Part shown: one piece after another, positions 43,182 through 54,193 of the stretch
How positions within the stretch are numbered: position 1 is the first letter of the stretch
Layout: each line of letters opens with the position of its first letter
Source: Methanotrichaceae archaeon
GTDB taxonomy: Archaea; Halobacteriota; Methanosarcinia; Methanotrichales; Methanotrichaceae
Reading direction: 5' to 3'
NCBI GenBank assembly: GCA_963803145.1
Contig: CAWDLW010000008.1
Location: 224,001 to 288,000, forward strand
Length of the DNA stretch: 64,000 nucleotides
Made by a program: the position numbers and the translations under genes
The notes under the pieces: generated by a model
What the model saw: the letters and a program-made list of their open reading frames with translations, nothing else
The model's database searches: none
Told to the model about the DNA's origin: nothing

Positions 43182-43859
43182 TTGGGGAGGATTATGAAGA
43201 TGAAGTTAAGCCTAAGAATCGCACTCTGCTTGTTGATTATGAGTATTGGTGCGATCTTCGTTTCTTCCGCTGAACTGCAGAATAGCGGTATATCTAAGGG
43301 TAAACTATTGTACGAAGATAATTTTTCGAGCAGCAAATTTGGCGCATTTGTAGGAGGACAGCAAGACAATAATGTTAGCGTTTATTTTGGAGACGGAAGA
43401 TATCACATTGAAGTAGTGCCACTCGATATGAGTTATACAGCATCTTACGGTTCAGAATATAATAATACCATTTTTGAGGTCGAGGCTACGCAGGAATCAG
43501 GTCCTGATGATAACTTCTATGGCGTCGCATTTAGGAAGGTTGACTGGAATAACTACTACCAATTCCTTATTTCCGGGGATGGCTATTATCGGATTGAGAA
43601 GAAACAAGACAGTAAGTGGGTCTTCGCAACACCTTGGAAAAAGTCTAGCGCAATTCATACGGGTAGTGTCACCAATATAATAGATACCGTATGCAATGGA
43701 GAGAAGTTCTCCTTCTATGTGAATAATATTAAGGTGGATGATTATACCGATAGCAGCTTTGGATCTGGTATGATTGGCTTTGTAGCTGGATCTGAGTATT
43801 CCAAGGGTCCTGTTATAATAGGCTTTGATAACCTGAAGATCTGGCAGATTGCCCAATGA
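43182..43859 (+). CDS. Secreted concanavalin-like beta-sandwich protein (DUF1080-like); ATG start likely 43194
   Basis: Signal peptide; LLYEDNFS, YGVAFR, YYQFLISGDG, FYVN...D..F.SG.IG, FDNLKIW. Confidence 0.72.
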   Translation: MGRIMKMKLSLRIALCLLIMSIGAIFVSSAELQNSGISKGKLLYEDNFSSSKFGAFVGGQQDNNVSVYFGDGRYHIEVVPLDMSYTASYGSEYNNTIFEVEATQESGPDDNFYGVAFRKVDWNNYYQFLISGDGYYRIEKKQDSKWVFATPWKKSSAIHTGSVTNIIDTVCNGEKFSFYVNNIKVDDYTDSSFGSGMIGFVAGSEYSKGPVIIGFDNLKIWQIAQ

Positions 43860-43952
43860 TAGATATTTCCAGATGCAGATGATGGTTATTCAAGTGGTAC
43901 AATGCGAGAGGCAGCAAAGAAAATCCTTCTCAGTAATCCTGCCTTCTCGCTA

Positions 43953-44210
43953 TCATTCTTTCAATTTAGATCTAAGTTTTTTTAGCGCTTCTATCTCAAT
44001 GCCGATTTCCATCCAGGCCCAGGCCCAGATCACAGCTTCAAAGGCCCTTATCAAATCTCCCTTCTCAAGAAAATATTTAGAATCGGATATATAAGCCGAT
44101 ATATTATCTATAAACTGCTCCTTCCCCGATACCTCTGAGAATAAATTCTCTGCCCTTTCTAACCATTTCAGCGTCTCTGCTCGCAGATCTATCTCCAGAT
44201 TACTGCTCAT
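43953..44210 (-). CDS. DUF357 family protein
   Basis: NISAYISDSKYFLEKGDLIRAFEAVIWAWAW. Confidence 0.85.
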   Translation of the reverse strand: MSSNLEIDLRAETLKWLERAENLFSEVSGKEQFIDNISAYISDSKYFLEKGDLIRAFEAVIWAWAWMEIGIEIEALKKLRSKLKE

Positions 44211-44229
44211 TCTATCTTCTCATACTGCT

Positions 44230-44850
44230 TTATACAGCCTTACCTGAGCTTGTGGCGTTATGAGCAGGGGATGACTCAATCACTTTTGTCACGCGCTTCT
44301 CATCAACCTCAACCTGAACCATCGTCTTGACATCATAGCCCTCAGCCTTGAGCCTCTTCACTCCCTCGCCTCGCTCTATCACAGTTACGATGTCCATTAC
44401 CTCTGCACCAGCTGCCTTAAGTGACTGAAGCGTTGCCAGAAGGGTTCCGCCTGTGCTGATAACATCATCAACGACTATTACTCGATCGCCTTTCTTAATT
44501 CCGTTCAGGAAGAGCTGAGATTTGGAATAGCCTGTGACCTGGGCGACCTCAATCTCTCCAGGCAGTCCATACTTTCTTTTCCTGATTATCACCAGGGGTA
44601 TATCGGTTATGATTGATAGGGCTATGCCTATGGGAATGCCCATTGCCTCGATGGTTACAATCTTATCTACATCAAGGCAGGCTATCCTGATAATATGGCT
44701 GACAACCTCCCTAATGAGATCCGGCTTTACCTCGGGAACTCCATCGGTAATGGGATGAATAAAGTAGTTGTATTCGCCTCTCTTGAATATGGGCGCTTCC
44801 AGCAGCGAGCTTTTTAGCCTATCAAGCAAATTCTTTGCCTCCTTAGCCAT
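44230..44850 (-). CDS. hpt: Archaeal hypoxanthine/guanine phosphoribosyltransferase (start shortened from 44940)
   Basis: [23 protein letters not shown] loop [11 protein letters not shown]. Confidence 0.9.
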   Translation of the reverse strand: MAKEAKNLLDRLKSSLLEAPIFKRGEYNYFIHPITDGVPEVKPDLIREVVSHIIRIACLDVDKIVTIEAMGIPIGIALSIITDIPLVIIRKRKYGLPGEIEVAQVTGYSKSQLFLNGIKKGDRVIVVDDVISTGGTLLATLQSLKAAGAEVMDIVTVIERGEGVKRLKAEGYDVKTMVQVEVDEKRVTKVIESSPAHNATSSGKAV

Positions 44851-45145
44851 TCTACACTGGATATCTTGAACCTTAAAGGTATTGGCCTTTGTCAAGCAAT
44901 AGGCATGAGCGTCGGCACGATTGTGCTGCATACTTTTCAAGCAAATCTAAGAGTTTTATAAATTCTGCAATCGATATTGTTAAAGGCATTGCTTCTGGCG
45001 TTTTCAGAGGCAGAGCAATTTGGATTTTTCAATAACAATGCTCCCAAGCTTTTTCAGGGGCAATGTTTTTAGGTTTCCTTAATTAAAGAAGACAAGGTTA
45101 AAGGTAAAGGTAAAGGTAATGGTCATCTAGACCTGGTGGTTGTAA

Positions 45146-46384
45146 ATGGACCTAGGGGATCGGGTATCTGTAGAGAAGGGCGGCATGGCCTACGAAGGCG
45201 TACTTATGCCGTCGCGTCGCAAGGATCACATAGTTATAAAGCTGGATAATGGCTATAACATCGGGCTCCGAGTGCCTGAATCGGATTTGAAGCTGGTTGA
45301 GAAGGGGCATGAACTTAAAGTACCACCGCTGCCGCCACTGTGCGCCAGAGAAGGACTGCCCCAGGTCTCTATTTTGTCCACAGGAGGGACCATCGCCAGC
45401 AAAGTTGATTATAGAACTGGAGCTGTGACGAGCCAGTTTTCCGCTGGCGAAATCGCAGCAGCGATCCCTGAGCTTGGGGAGATTGCCAACTACAATGCAC
45501 GCATAATCTATCAGATATTGAGCGAGAACATGCGTGCAGATTACTGGATGGAACTTGCAAGAGCCGTTGCCGAAGAGATCCGCGGCGGAGCCGAGGGCGT
45601 GATAATAACTCATGGAACTGACACCATGATGTATACTGCTGCGGCTCTATCATTCATGCTTCATACACCAGTTCCCGTTGTTATAGTAGGATCTCAGAGA
45701 AGCTCGGACCGACCAAGCAGCGATGCGAGCATGAACGCCATATGTGCAGCTACAGTCGCCATTAGCGATATAGCTGAGGTATGCGTTGTGATGCATGGCA
45801 CTCCAAGTGATAGCTATTGTTCGATTCACCGAGGTACCCGCGTTAGGAAGATGCATACCTCCAGGAGAGATGCTTTCGGAAGCATTAACCAGCATCCGAT
45901 TGGAAAAGTGGACTATCTTACCAGAGGCATAGAGACGTTCATACCCTACCGCCGCCGAAATGAGATAGCGCTGGAGGTCATGGATAAGCTTGAGCCGAGG
46001 TGCGCACTTGTAAAGTACACGCCAGGAGCGTCATCTGATATCATGGGTTACTATATCGATAAGAACTATAAGGGCATCGTTATTGAAGGCACAGGACTTG
46101 GGCACGTGGCCTCGAACTGGATAGAATCAATCAAGCGTGCCACTGATGCTGGCATACCCGTTGTAATAACATCTCAATGCCTCAGAGGCAGGATCTGTGA
46201 CCGCGTTTACGATACAGGACGCTATATGCTTGATGCAGGCGCAATTGAGGGCGAAGATATGCTGCCCGAGGTGGCTCTCGTGAAGATGATGTGGGTTCTG
46301 GCAAATCACCCGACAGAAGTTGAATCATTGATGAGAACGCCCATTGCTGGCGAGATCTCTCCGTCCACGCTTATGACCGTTTGA
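45146..46384 (+). CDS. gatD: Glutamyl-tRNA(Gln) amidotransferase subunit D
   Basis: [56 protein letters not shown]. Confidence 0.96.
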   Translation: MDLGDRVSVEKGGMAYEGVLMPSRRKDHIVIKLDNGYNIGLRVPESDLKLVEKGHELKVPPLPPLCAREGLPQVSILSTGGTIASKVDYRTGAVTSQFSAGEIAAAIPELGEIANYNARIIYQILSENMRADYWMELARAVAEEIRGGAEGVIITHGTDTMMYTAAALSFMLHTPVPVVIVGSQRSSDRPSSDASMNAICAATVAISDIAEVCVVMHGTPSDSYCSIHRGTRVRKMHTSRRDAFGSINQHPIGKVDYLTRGIETFIPYRRRNEIALEVMDKLEPRCALVKYTPGASSDIMGYYIDKNYKGIVIEGTGLGHVASNWIESIKRATDAGIPVVITSQCLRGRICDRVYDTGRYMLDAGAIEGEDMLPEVALVKMMWVLANHPTEVESLMRTPIAGEISPSTLMTV

Positions 46385-46498
46385 GTGCGGTATCTAATAA
46401 AAAAATGGCCCATTAGGAGCTTATGGGAACGATCGAGGCCAAGCCTTATAAACTAGTTGAATAGAGCACTAATCTCAGGATTATTGGAGGAATTCGTT

Positions 46499-47011
46499 TT
46501 GACACGTAAGCCAGGAAGCATGTACAGAAAGATCGAGCGCCCCTACACACGCAGAGAGTATATGGGCGGCGTTCCAGGAAGCAAAGTAGTTCATTACGAT
46601 ATGGGAAACCTGCAGGAAACCTTCTCCATCAACCTCACTCTTGTGGCCAGAGAGCCATGCCAAATCAGGCATACATCTCTTGAGGCGGCAAGGGTTGCAG
46701 CTAACCGTTTCCTGCTGAAGCAGGCAGGCAGGACCAACTTCCATCTGAAGCTCAGAGTCTATCCGCATCATGTCATAAGAGAGAACAAGCAGGCGACAGG
46801 TGCAGGTGCGGACCGAGTCTCAAGTGGAATGAGGCGCGCCTTCGGCAAGGCCGTGGGGACTGCGGCTCAGGTGCAGGCAGGTCAGAAGATATTCACCCTT
46901 GGAGTCACACCAGAATTTCTGAACGATGCCAAGACCGCATTGAAGAGAGCAGGGCACAAGCTCCCGACCCCGATTCAAATCATCACTGAATCAGGCAATG
47001 GGCTCTCCTAA
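46499..47011 (+). CDS. rpl10e: 50S ribosomal protein L10e (uL16); TTG start 46499 after GGAGG
   Basis: RKPGSMYR...[43 protein letters not shown]. Confidence 0.96.
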   Translation: MTRKPGSMYRKIERPYTRREYMGGVPGSKVVHYDMGNLQETFSINLTLVAREPCQIRHTSLEAARVAANRFLLKQAGRTNFHLKLRVYPHHVIRENKQATGAGADRVSSGMRRAFGKAVGTAAQVQAGQKIFTLGVTPEFLNDAKTALKRAGHKLPTPIQIITESGNGLS

Positions 47012-47021
47012 GGTAATCTAG

Positions 47022-47651
47022 ATGGATGATTACATCTCAGGCCTAGAGCGGGCAATGAAGAAGATGCCCGCCACGCAGGGCACCAAGGAACGGTTTGTAT
47101 TGCCTTCCCCCAAGGTATTCTATGAGGGCAAGACAACAGTCCTTGAGAACTTCGGTGCAATAGCTGATACACTGAACAGAGATCCAGACCACTTGATGAA
47201 ATATCTCCTTCAAGAGCTCGGAACTGCTGGCAAGATCGAGGGCGGACGTGGCATCTTCCAGGGAAAGTTCGGCGAGCAGGCCATAGCCAGACAGATTGAG
47301 TCCTACTTCGAGGAATACGTAGTCTGCACTGAATGCAGGCTGCCCGATACTCACCTTACCAAGAACGATCGCATTCTGATGCTGAAGTGCGATGCATGCG
47401 GCGCACATCGGCCGGTTCGGAGAAGAAAGGCTGCAACAACGATTCAGAAGGAAATGATTGAAGAGGGCGAGACCTATGAGCTACGCGTTGAATCTGTCGG
47501 CAATAAGGGCGACGGCATAGCCAAGGTGGACAAGTACCTTATCTTCATCCCCAGCACTGTTAAAGGCGAGGTTGTAAGGGCCAAGATCAAGAAGGTCAGC
47601 GGTACCTTGGCCTTTGCGGAGGTCGTGGAGAGAAAGAGCAAGGCCCCTTAA
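47022..47651 (+). CDS. eif2b: Translation initiation factor 2 subunit beta with C-terminal TRAM domain
   Basis: [24 protein letters not shown] / C.ACGA zinc ribbon, GDGIAKV TRAM. Confidence 0.95.
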   Translation: MDDYISGLERAMKKMPATQGTKERFVLPSPKVFYEGKTTVLENFGAIADTLNRDPDHLMKYLLQELGTAGKIEGGRGIFQGKFGEQAIARQIESYFEEYVVCTECRLPDTHLTKNDRILMLKCDACGAHRPVRRRKAATTIQKEMIEEGETYELRVESVGNKGDGIAKVDKYLIFIPSTVKGEVVRAKIKKVSGTLAFAEVVERKSKAP

Positions 47652-47744
47652 AACCTTCTGAAGACATCACTTGATCACATAGAATTGCATTGTTGGTATA
47701 GGGCAGGCCACAGGTAGGCACTAGGCACTAAGCTTGAGGAAGAG

Positions 47745-47978
47745 ATGGATGAGAAGATCTCGTTGACCTTTACGGAGAAGCACCAGTATCAGCTTGAGTT
47801 CTATCCACCAAATTTTTGGAGACATTTTGCAGAGGGTTATGATGCTCTGCCCTGGTCTGAGATAAGCGATAATCGAGTGGCTGTGACTGCCGAGAGTTAC
47901 TCATATCTTTTAGATATGCTGGTGCAGGCAAGGCTCTATTACCTCAGCACTATGCCTGTGGATGAGCGGTTCAAGTGA
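47745..47978 (+). CDS. Hypothetical protein (77 aa)
   Basis: GAGG SD, in operon orientation, natural composition. Confidence 0.65.
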   Translation: MDEKISLTFTEKHQYQLEFYPPNFWRHFAEGYDALPWSEISDNRVAVTAESYSYLLDMLVQARLYYLSTMPVDERFK

Positions 47979-48011
47979 CGGCACAAGATATTGCATAAGA
48001 TGGCATAAGCT

Positions 48012-48761
48012 ATGTCGGAAACATCCTCTATAGCGCCCTCAATGCAGGGTTTCTTAATATATGGCTTACCAGTGATCAAAGAGGGCGACGACCTGGCCTC
48101 GCTTATAGAGTCCCGTTTCGAGCTTCAGGACGGAGATATCCTCTGCATTGCGAGCACTGTGGTCGCCAAATCAGAGGATCGTTTCAGAAGGCTCGAAGAC
48201 TATGAGCCGAGCCTAAGGGCGAAAAGCATAGCACAAACCATCTCCAAGGACCCAAGGTTCGTCCAGGCAGTTCTGACAGAATCTGAAGATATCCTTCTTG
48301 AATATCCTTTTCTGCTTTCCGTCACTAAGTTTGGCCACATCGGCGTAAATGCCGGAATTGATCAATCCAATGTCGGCGAAGGCAGAATATTGCTATTACC
48401 CGAAAACCCAACTGCCAGTGCCGAGATGCTAAGGAAAAAGCTCAGCAAGGATTGTGCAGTGATAATTACTGATACTTGCGGCAGGCCATTCCGTTGCGGA
48501 GTCGCAGGAACTGCAGTGGGCTGGTCCGGCATCGCGGCACTACGCGATTGGCGAGGCGAGCCGGATATTCACGGCAGAAAGCTGGAGATCACCCTTGAGG
48601 CCACTGTAGATGAGATCGCGGGGATGGCAAATATGCTTATGGGTGAGGCTAGCGATGCTACTCCTGTGGCAGTTTTTAGAGGATTAAAATACTCTCGATC
48701 AGGAGGAAGCCTATTTAGGCCCAAGGGCCTTGATGTAATTCGCCATCATCTTAAGCCCTAA
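48012..48761 (+). CDS. cofE: Coenzyme F420-0:L-glutamate ligase
   Basis: LP.IKEGDDL, NAGIDQSN, LLPENP..SA, IITDTCGRPFR, DEIA. Confidence 0.94.
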   Translation: MSETSSIAPSMQGFLIYGLPVIKEGDDLASLIESRFELQDGDILCIASTVVAKSEDRFRRLEDYEPSLRAKSIAQTISKDPRFVQAVLTESEDILLEYPFLLSVTKFGHIGVNAGIDQSNVGEGRILLLPENPTASAEMLRKKLSKDCAVIITDTCGRPFRCGVAGTAVGWSGIAALRDWRGEPDIHGRKLEITLEATVDEIAGMANMLMGEASDATPVAVFRGLKYSRSGGSLFRPKGLDVIRHHLKP

Positions 48762-48799
48762 CGCAACTATTTTATCCTTAGGCCAGTAGCACCTCGCTA

Positions 48800-49456
48800 A
48801 TGCAAAGGCCAGTTCATGTCATCATTCCCTTCAAGCTGAATGGAGCAAAGTCACGTCTAGGAGCCGTCCTTTCGCCTGATGAGCGCAGGCTCTTTGCGCT
48901 GGCAATGCTTCAAGATGTCGTGAAAGCAGTATCATCTGCCGGTCCGACTACTATTCTTGCAAAACCAGGGTTTGATAAATCAGACGAGTATGGTAGTTTC
49001 AGTGTCCTTACATGCGACCTAGATCTGAACGACGCCATCAATGCAACTATTTCGCATCAGCAGAGTGAAGGCTGGCCTGAGGATATCCTGATAGTTATGG
49101 CAGATTTGGCCCTTTTAACCTCTGAGGATGTGAGGAGCATACTCCAAATGGAGGGCGATGTTGTATTTTCGCCGGGACGTGGCGGCGGCACTAACATGAT
49201 TCTGATCAGGAATCCTGTATTCAGAGCCCAGTACCGAGGGTTAAGCTTTCTGAAGCATATAGAATTTGTCAGAACTATGGGATTTAAGGCTGGAATCTAT
49301 GCCTCGTATTATGCGTGTTGCGATATTGACGAGCCGTCGGATCTTGCTGAGATTTTGATCCATGGGAAAGGCAAAAGCAGATCCTTTCTGGAATCAATAG
49401 GCATAGAGTTGTCCGAAAGGGGTCGGGCTATCATCACAAGGAAAAGCTACGAGTAA
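48800..49456 (+). CDS. cofC: 2-phospho-L-lactate (PEP) guanylyltransferase
   Basis: IPFK...AKSRL..VLS..ER, MADLAL, PGRGGGTN, DIDEPSDL. Confidence 0.94.
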   Translation: MQRPVHVIIPFKLNGAKSRLGAVLSPDERRLFALAMLQDVVKAVSSAGPTTILAKPGFDKSDEYGSFSVLTCDLDLNDAINATISHQQSEGWPEDILIVMADLALLTSEDVRSILQMEGDVVFSPGRGGGTNMILIRNPVFRAQYRGLSFLKHIEFVRTMGFKAGIYASYYACCDIDEPSDLAEILIHGKGKSRSFLESIGIELSERGRAIITRKSYE

Positions 49457-49497
49457 TAAAATAAGAGTAAAACTAATACTAATATACTATAACAATA

Positions 49498-50001
49498 TTA
49501 GTATACGGTAACTCTTCTCACGCCTTCGATTTCCATCAGCATCCTGACAAGATCACCCGGAATTTTGCCATCGGTAATTATTGTCAGCTTTGGGTTCTCG
49601 GTGAATTGGGGATCATCCGATACGGCCTGGCGTATGCTTAAACCATATTTCGCGACAGCGCTTGCAACGTTCCCAAGAATCCCCGTCTGCGTAGCGTTTA
49701 CAGGAGTTATCTCTATTACTCCTAGGCCCAAAACTGGCGCTACCTCGCCTAGGAATATCATAGATCGAACGTTTCGAAATACCTTCCATAAGGTCTCATC
49801 TTCGCGAACTGCCATGGCTGTCGTATCCACGACCCTGCGGTCTACGCCCAGCTCCTTCGCAATCTGCGCGTGAGGTATCTCAATGTTGCCTGAAACTACT
49901 CGGCCATGCTCATTGATTTGGAACCCTCTCTGCAGAATGAGCCTGATGACCTTTTCCTGCGCTGGGAATCTTTTGAATTTGTTTAAAATCTCCTGCCACA
50001 T
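49498..50001 (-). CDS. ACT-domain regulator of amino-acid metabolism (COG2150-like)
   Basis: FPAQEKV, IAKELGVDRRVV HTH, C-terminal ACT GIL..VA..VA..GLSIRQ. Confidence 0.85.
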   Translation of the reverse strand: MWQEILNKFKRFPAQEKVIRLILQRGFQINEHGRVVSGNIEIPHAQIAKELGVDRRVVDTTAMAVREDETLWKVFRNVRSMIFLGEVAPVLGLGVIEITPVNATQTGILGNVASAVAKYGLSIRQAVSDDPQFTENPKLTIITDGKIPGDLVRMLMEIEGVRRVTVY

Positions 50002-50019
50002 GATGCCTCTCTGCCGGTT

Positions 50020-51117
50020 TTAGGTGAACATCTCCTTCGGAGGCTCTTTGTAATCTTTCTTGGCTTTGGAAATTGCGTCTTCCAGGAGTTTTATGGTTAT
50101 TTTGCTGTCATCCATGATAGCGTGGTGGAGCGAAACCTTCAGCACCTTCTCCACAATGTCCCTCCCGGAAAAACCTTCAGTTTCCTTTGCTACATCTTTG
50201 AGATTGACGCCTTCCATCTCTAGAGGCAAGGTAGCTGCGTTTTTCTCGAGTATTGCCAGCCGCTCCTTTATATTTGGCAGCTTGAACTCTATCTCTTCCT
50301 CGAACCTAGAGCGAACTGAGCTATCTATAAACTCTATCTTGTTAGTGGCAGCTATGGTGCAGACTCCATTCCTTTTATGGATGCCATCCATCTCTGTGAG
50401 CAGTGAGTTGACGATTTCGGATACATCTCCACGCAGGTCCTGATAATGCCTGTCTAGGGCGATTGCATCCAGTTCGTCGATGAAAATTATACAAGGCGAG
50501 ATCTCCTCAGCCTTCTCATAAAGGCTATGTATCTGGCGGGCTCCTTCACCCACGAACTCACCTATCAGACTTGTAGCCTTCACAGGCAGCATCGGCACTT
50601 TGGCTTCTGTTGAGAGAGCCCTGGCGATCATAGTTTTACCTGTGCCTGAGAGTCCGTAGAAGAGAATATTTCTTGGCGCCCATTTTCCAAACTTCCCGGG
50701 CTCTGCAAGGAACTTTTCAATGATCTTGACCTTTCTCTTTGCTGTTTCCTGGCCAACTATATCCTCGAACCTGACATCACATTCGGCCTTCTTGGGGTCG
50801 GCCTGCCGCTCGACCTCTATCATTGTCTCTGCGCCGACAACTGAGTATGGCGGACGAACTTTGAGAACTTTGAAGGCGAAATCCGGGTAAAGCCTGCGGT
50901 CGAAGAGAAAGCATCCAGGCTTAACAGGTTCACCGTACCACTGTTCTCTGGCATATAGCTCAAAGAGCTTGGCATCGGATACAACAGGGTACTCTTGAAA
51001 TACACTCTTCAGGGGATATCCAGCAGGCCGAAGAAGAATATATTTCGCGCCTGTTGCTTTATTCCTTTCAAGCTTGCTCCCTTGTACCTTTGTTCCGCTT
51101 TTCTGGACAGATCGCAC
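50020..51117 (-). CDS. AAA family ATPase (COG1223-like)
   Basis: RPAGYP, YAREQW, WAPRNILFYG.SGTGKT, FIDELDAI, RSRFEEEIEF. Confidence 0.9.
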   Translation of the reverse strand: MRSVQKSGTKVQGSKLERNKATGAKYILLRPAGYPLKSVFQEYPVVSDAKLFELYAREQWYGEPVKPGCFLFDRRLYPDFAFKVLKVRPPYSVVGAETMIEVERQADPKKAECDVRFEDIVGQETAKRKVKIIEKFLAEPGKFGKWAPRNILFYGLSGTGKTMIARALSTEAKVPMLPVKATSLIGEFVGEGARQIHSLYEKAEEISPCIIFIDELDAIALDRHYQDLRGDVSEIVNSLLTEMDGIHKRNGVCTIAATNKIEFIDSSVRSRFEEEIEFKLPNIKERLAILEKNAATLPLEMEGVNLKDVAKETEGFSGRDIVEKVLKVSLHHAIMDDSKITIKLLEDAISKAKKDYKEPPKEMFT

Positions 51118-51250
51118 GTAAAAATGGTCTCTTTCCGAGAAGTTAAATGTATTGGCTTTGGATACAATGGATATACTTCGGCAGAGTTGACGTTCCGATA
51201 GTGATTAATATTACCTATTACAAGCTTGATCCAAGCATAGGAGGATCATT

Positions 51251-51343
51251 ATGGGAAATGATGCTGTGGCGATAGTTCTGATGGTTATAGGGTTTATAAT
51301 AACGTTCATGGTTCCGATATTTTTCCTATCTACAATGTTCTGA
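51251..51343 (+). CDS. Small hydrophobic protein (30 aa), below ORF-track cutoff
   Basis: MGNDAVAIVLMVIGFIITFMVPIFFLSTMF; strong GAGGAT SD directly upstream; GATAG-N5-CTATC hairpin and T-run downstream. Confidence 0.6.
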   Translation: MGNDAVAIVLMVIGFIITFMVPIFFLSTMF

Positions 51344-51447
51344 GCTGTCGATAGGAAAGCTATCTCTAAAAGCTATTTTTTGCACTGTCAATTGGATTAA
51401 TATACTTTAAATTATCATTGCTAGCTGTTATTGCTTTTTATGGTATA

Positions 51448-51924
51448 TTACAGCTGCGCCTCTTTTTTTATGAGTTCGGCGTTCATCACTATACCCTTGC
51501 AGGTATGCAAATTCATTGAAAGCAGCATGCCGACAACTTTGCCGTCCTGTACGACAGGTGTTCCGCTGTCCCCGGGCCCTGGCAGGTTTCTGGGCTGAAG
51601 TGCAACGTAGGCGATAGACCAGGACACATCGGTTACTCTGCAACCCATGCTGTCCCTTGCATTCACGAGCATTGCATCTCCAAAATGGGGCTTGCCAATC
51701 TGTGAGGGCTCGCAGGCACTTAGCACGGGAAATAATGCAAGGTCTATATCACTGGCGAAATGTGCCACTCGCGTTTGCTGGTTTCCGATCCTCAAAATAT
51801 CAGTTCCAGAATACTGGAATATATGTGCTGGTGTGGCTCCGACGTAGGCTTTTCCCCATGGAACAAAGGCGCATACTACTCCTCCGGTGTTACCTGATAG
51901 GAAGAAATCGCCTGCTTTGAGCAT
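51448..51924 (-). CDS. Small trypsin-like serine protease
   Basis: Catalytic triad motifs TPAH, DLAL, PGDSGTPV. Confidence 0.72.
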   Translation of the reverse strand: MLKAGDFFLSGNTGGVVCAFVPWGKAYVGATPAHIFQYSGTDILRIGNQQTRVAHFASDIDLALFPVLSACEPSQIGKPHFGDAMLVNARDSMGCRVTDVSWSIAYVALQPRNLPGPGDSGTPVVQDGKVVGMLLSMNLHTCKGIVMNAELIKKEAQL

Positions 51925-52004
51925 GTTTTAATGAATGCCCTGCCAGATAATTAGGTTTCTGCTCATTTAGCCAAAGCTTTTATCCTTTCTAGAGCATTTT
52001 CATA

Positions 52005-52487
52005 ATGTTGTTGAACACTGATACCAAAGAGGAGCACCTAATTGGCGTCATATCGGACACACACGGCCTGATTCGGCGTGAAGCCCTTGAAAGGCTTGAA
52101 GGCTCTGAGATGATAATTCATGCAGGCGATATAGGAGGGCCAGAGGTTCTTGAAGTCTTTAAAGTCGTGGCCCCTGTTGTGGCTGTCAGTGGGAACAATG
52201 ATCATGGGAGTTGGGCCCGCAGGCTGCCAAAAGTGAAAGTCGTTGAGTTTGAAGGCTCTCGGATTGCAGTTGTTCACATCCTTAGAGATCTAAAACTGGA
52301 TGTAACAAGCCTGGATTGCATAATCAGCGGCCATTCGCATAGGGCATCTGTAAAGAGATGGAATGGAGTGCTCTATCTGAACCCTGGGACTGCTGGGCCA
52401 AGGAGGTTCGGGCAGCCTGCGACCATTGCTCTTCTGCGAATTCAGGGGCATGAGCTGAACGCAGAGTTAATAAAACTTGTGACATAA
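52005..52487 (+). CDS. Metallophosphoesterase, YfcE/MJ0936 family
   Basis: SDTHG, HAGD, GNND, GHSH, NPG motifs. Confidence 0.92.
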   Translation: MLLNTDTKEEHLIGVISDTHGLIRREALERLEGSEMIIHAGDIGGPEVLEVFKVVAPVVAVSGNNDHGSWARRLPKVKVVEFEGSRIAVVHILRDLKLDVTSLDCIISGHSHRASVKRWNGVLYLNPGTAGPRRFGQPATIALLRIQGHELNAELIKLVT

Positions 52488-52520
52488 AGATTTTTATCTT
52501 CGCTTGACGATTCCAAAGCT

Positions 52521-53420
52521 ATGCCATCCCTAACAGTTGATGCAGGCGGCCTGACACTGCAAAACCCTGTCATCCTTGCAGCGGGAATCCTTGGCACAAC
52601 CGGTGCATCCCTGCGACGTGCAGCCCTGGCAGGCGCAGGCTGTGTGGTCACTAAGTCATTGGGCTCTGAGCCCAGATCAGGACATCCGGGCCCCACAATC
52701 GTTCAAGTTGAGTGCGGTCTCTTAAATGCAATGGGGCTGCCCAATCCTTCTTATAAGGTCTTTCAGGATGAGATCGATTTTGCGAAGAAAAGCGGCACGC
52801 CTGTCGTTGCAAGCATCTTTGGATCAAGCGCCGAGGAGTTTGCAAGAATCTCCAGGGGTCTTAGGGCAGATGCCTTCGAGCTGAATCTATCGTGTCCGCA
52901 TGCTGAAAGGTATGGATCTGAGCTCGGGCGCTATCCTGATCTAGTAGAGGCGGTCACGGGAGCGGTCAAGGCATCAGTGGACGTGCCTGTCTGGGTCAAG
53001 CTGACACCGAATACGGCCGATATAGTAGAGCTCGGATTGGCAGCGCAGAGAGGCGGCGCAGATGCAGTTGTGGCAATCAATACTCTCAAGGCAATGGCTA
53101 TCGATATTGAGACTGGTTATCCAATTTTGGGCAACAAATTCGGAGGCTTATCAGGCGCTGCTACCAAGCCCGTGGCAGTCAGGTGCGTCTTCGAGCTCTC
53201 TACACAGCTGGAGATCCCTGTGATCGGAGTTGGCGGTGTGAGCACCTGGGAAGATGCAGTGGAGATGATCATGGCTGGTGCCTGCGCTGTTCAGGTAGGA
53301 ACTGCTCTTCAAAGAGGTTATGAGGTTTTCAAAGAGATAACGGAAGGATTGTCCGGCTATCTTGAAAGGAAGAAAATGACTTTGGAAGAGCTAAAGGGCA
53401 TAGCCGGGAGGCGATCATGA
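52521..53420 (+). CDS. pyrD: Dihydroorotate dehydrogenase (family 1B) catalytic subunit
   Basis: NAMGLPNP, ELNLSCPH, VKLTPN, INTL, GGLSG, IGVGG. Confidence 0.96.
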   Translation: MPSLTVDAGGLTLQNPVILAAGILGTTGASLRRAALAGAGCVVTKSLGSEPRSGHPGPTIVQVECGLLNAMGLPNPSYKVFQDEIDFAKKSGTPVVASIFGSSAEEFARISRGLRADAFELNLSCPHAERYGSELGRYPDLVEAVTGAVKASVDVPVWVKLTPNTADIVELGLAAQRGGADAVVAINTLKAMAIDIETGYPILGNKFGGLSGAATKPVAVRCVFELSTQLEIPVIGVGGVSTWEDAVEMIMAGACAVQVGTALQRGYEVFKEITEGLSGYLERKKMTLEELKGIAGRRS

Positions 53421-54187
53421 GGCCGATTAATGCTACCGTCATCTCTGTTGAGAATGAGACCCCGATTATTAAAACCATAAAGTTTGATAAATTCATTGGC
53501 CCAATTCCGGGCCAGTATGCAATGGTATGGATTCGAGGGATGGATGAGATTCCTATGAGCTTCTCCGATCCTGAGAAGATAACAGTTCATGCCGTTGGCG
53601 AGGCGACAAGGGCTTTGATCGGCCTCCAGCCCGGAGATAGCTTCGGCCTGAGAGGACCGCTTGGGAGCGGCTTTAGCCTTATTGGTAAGAATATTTTGCT
53701 CATTGGCGGAGGCGTTGGCGTAGCGCCGCTGGCGTTTTTGGGTGAGCGGGCAAAGAGAGCTGGCATAGAGGTAACATCGCTGATAGGTTTCAGGTCTTCT
53801 GAGGATATGATCTTCGGGAACAGATTCAAGAGTATTGGGAATTCAATTATTACTACAGATGATGGCTCACTGGGGATTCCCGGCCACGTTGCAGCAGGTC
53901 TAAACGAGCTGAGCTTGGATGAGTTCAGCCAGATCTATCTCTGTGGCCCTGAGCTAATGATGTGGGATATAATCTCGAGAACTAAGGAGTATGCTGGAAA
54001 GACTCAAGCATGCATCAACAGGCACTTCAAATGCGCCGTCGGAGTCTGTGGGTCATGCTGCCTTGATCCAGAGGGAATCAGGGTATGTGTCGAGGGGCCT
54101 GTGATCATGGCTGATAGACTTTTGAACAGTGAATTTGGCAGGTATAGACGAGGGCCTGACGGCGGCATTGGGCCATGCAAGGGATGA
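53417..54187 (+). CDS. pyrK: Dihydroorotate dehydrogenase electron transfer subunit
   Basis: PGQY.MVW, RGPLG, GGGVG.AP, CGPE.MM, C.VG.CGSC...C.EGP. Confidence 0.94.
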   Translation: MRPINATVISVENETPIIKTIKFDKFIGPIPGQYAMVWIRGMDEIPMSFSDPEKITVHAVGEATRALIGLQPGDSFGLRGPLGSGFSLIGKNILLIGGGVGVAPLAFLGERAKRAGIEVTSLIGFRSSEDMIFGNRFKSIGNSIITTDDGSLGIPGHVAAGLNELSLDEFSQIYLCGPELMMWDIISRTKEYAGKTQACINRHFKCAVGVCGSCCLDPEGIRVCVEGPVIMADRLLNSEFGRYRRGPDGGIGPCKG

Positions 54188-54193
54188 TTAGCA

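Noticed and set aside
45097-45125. (GGTAAA)n hexamer run upstream of gatD
   Set aside because: Short simple repeat with no evidence of function.
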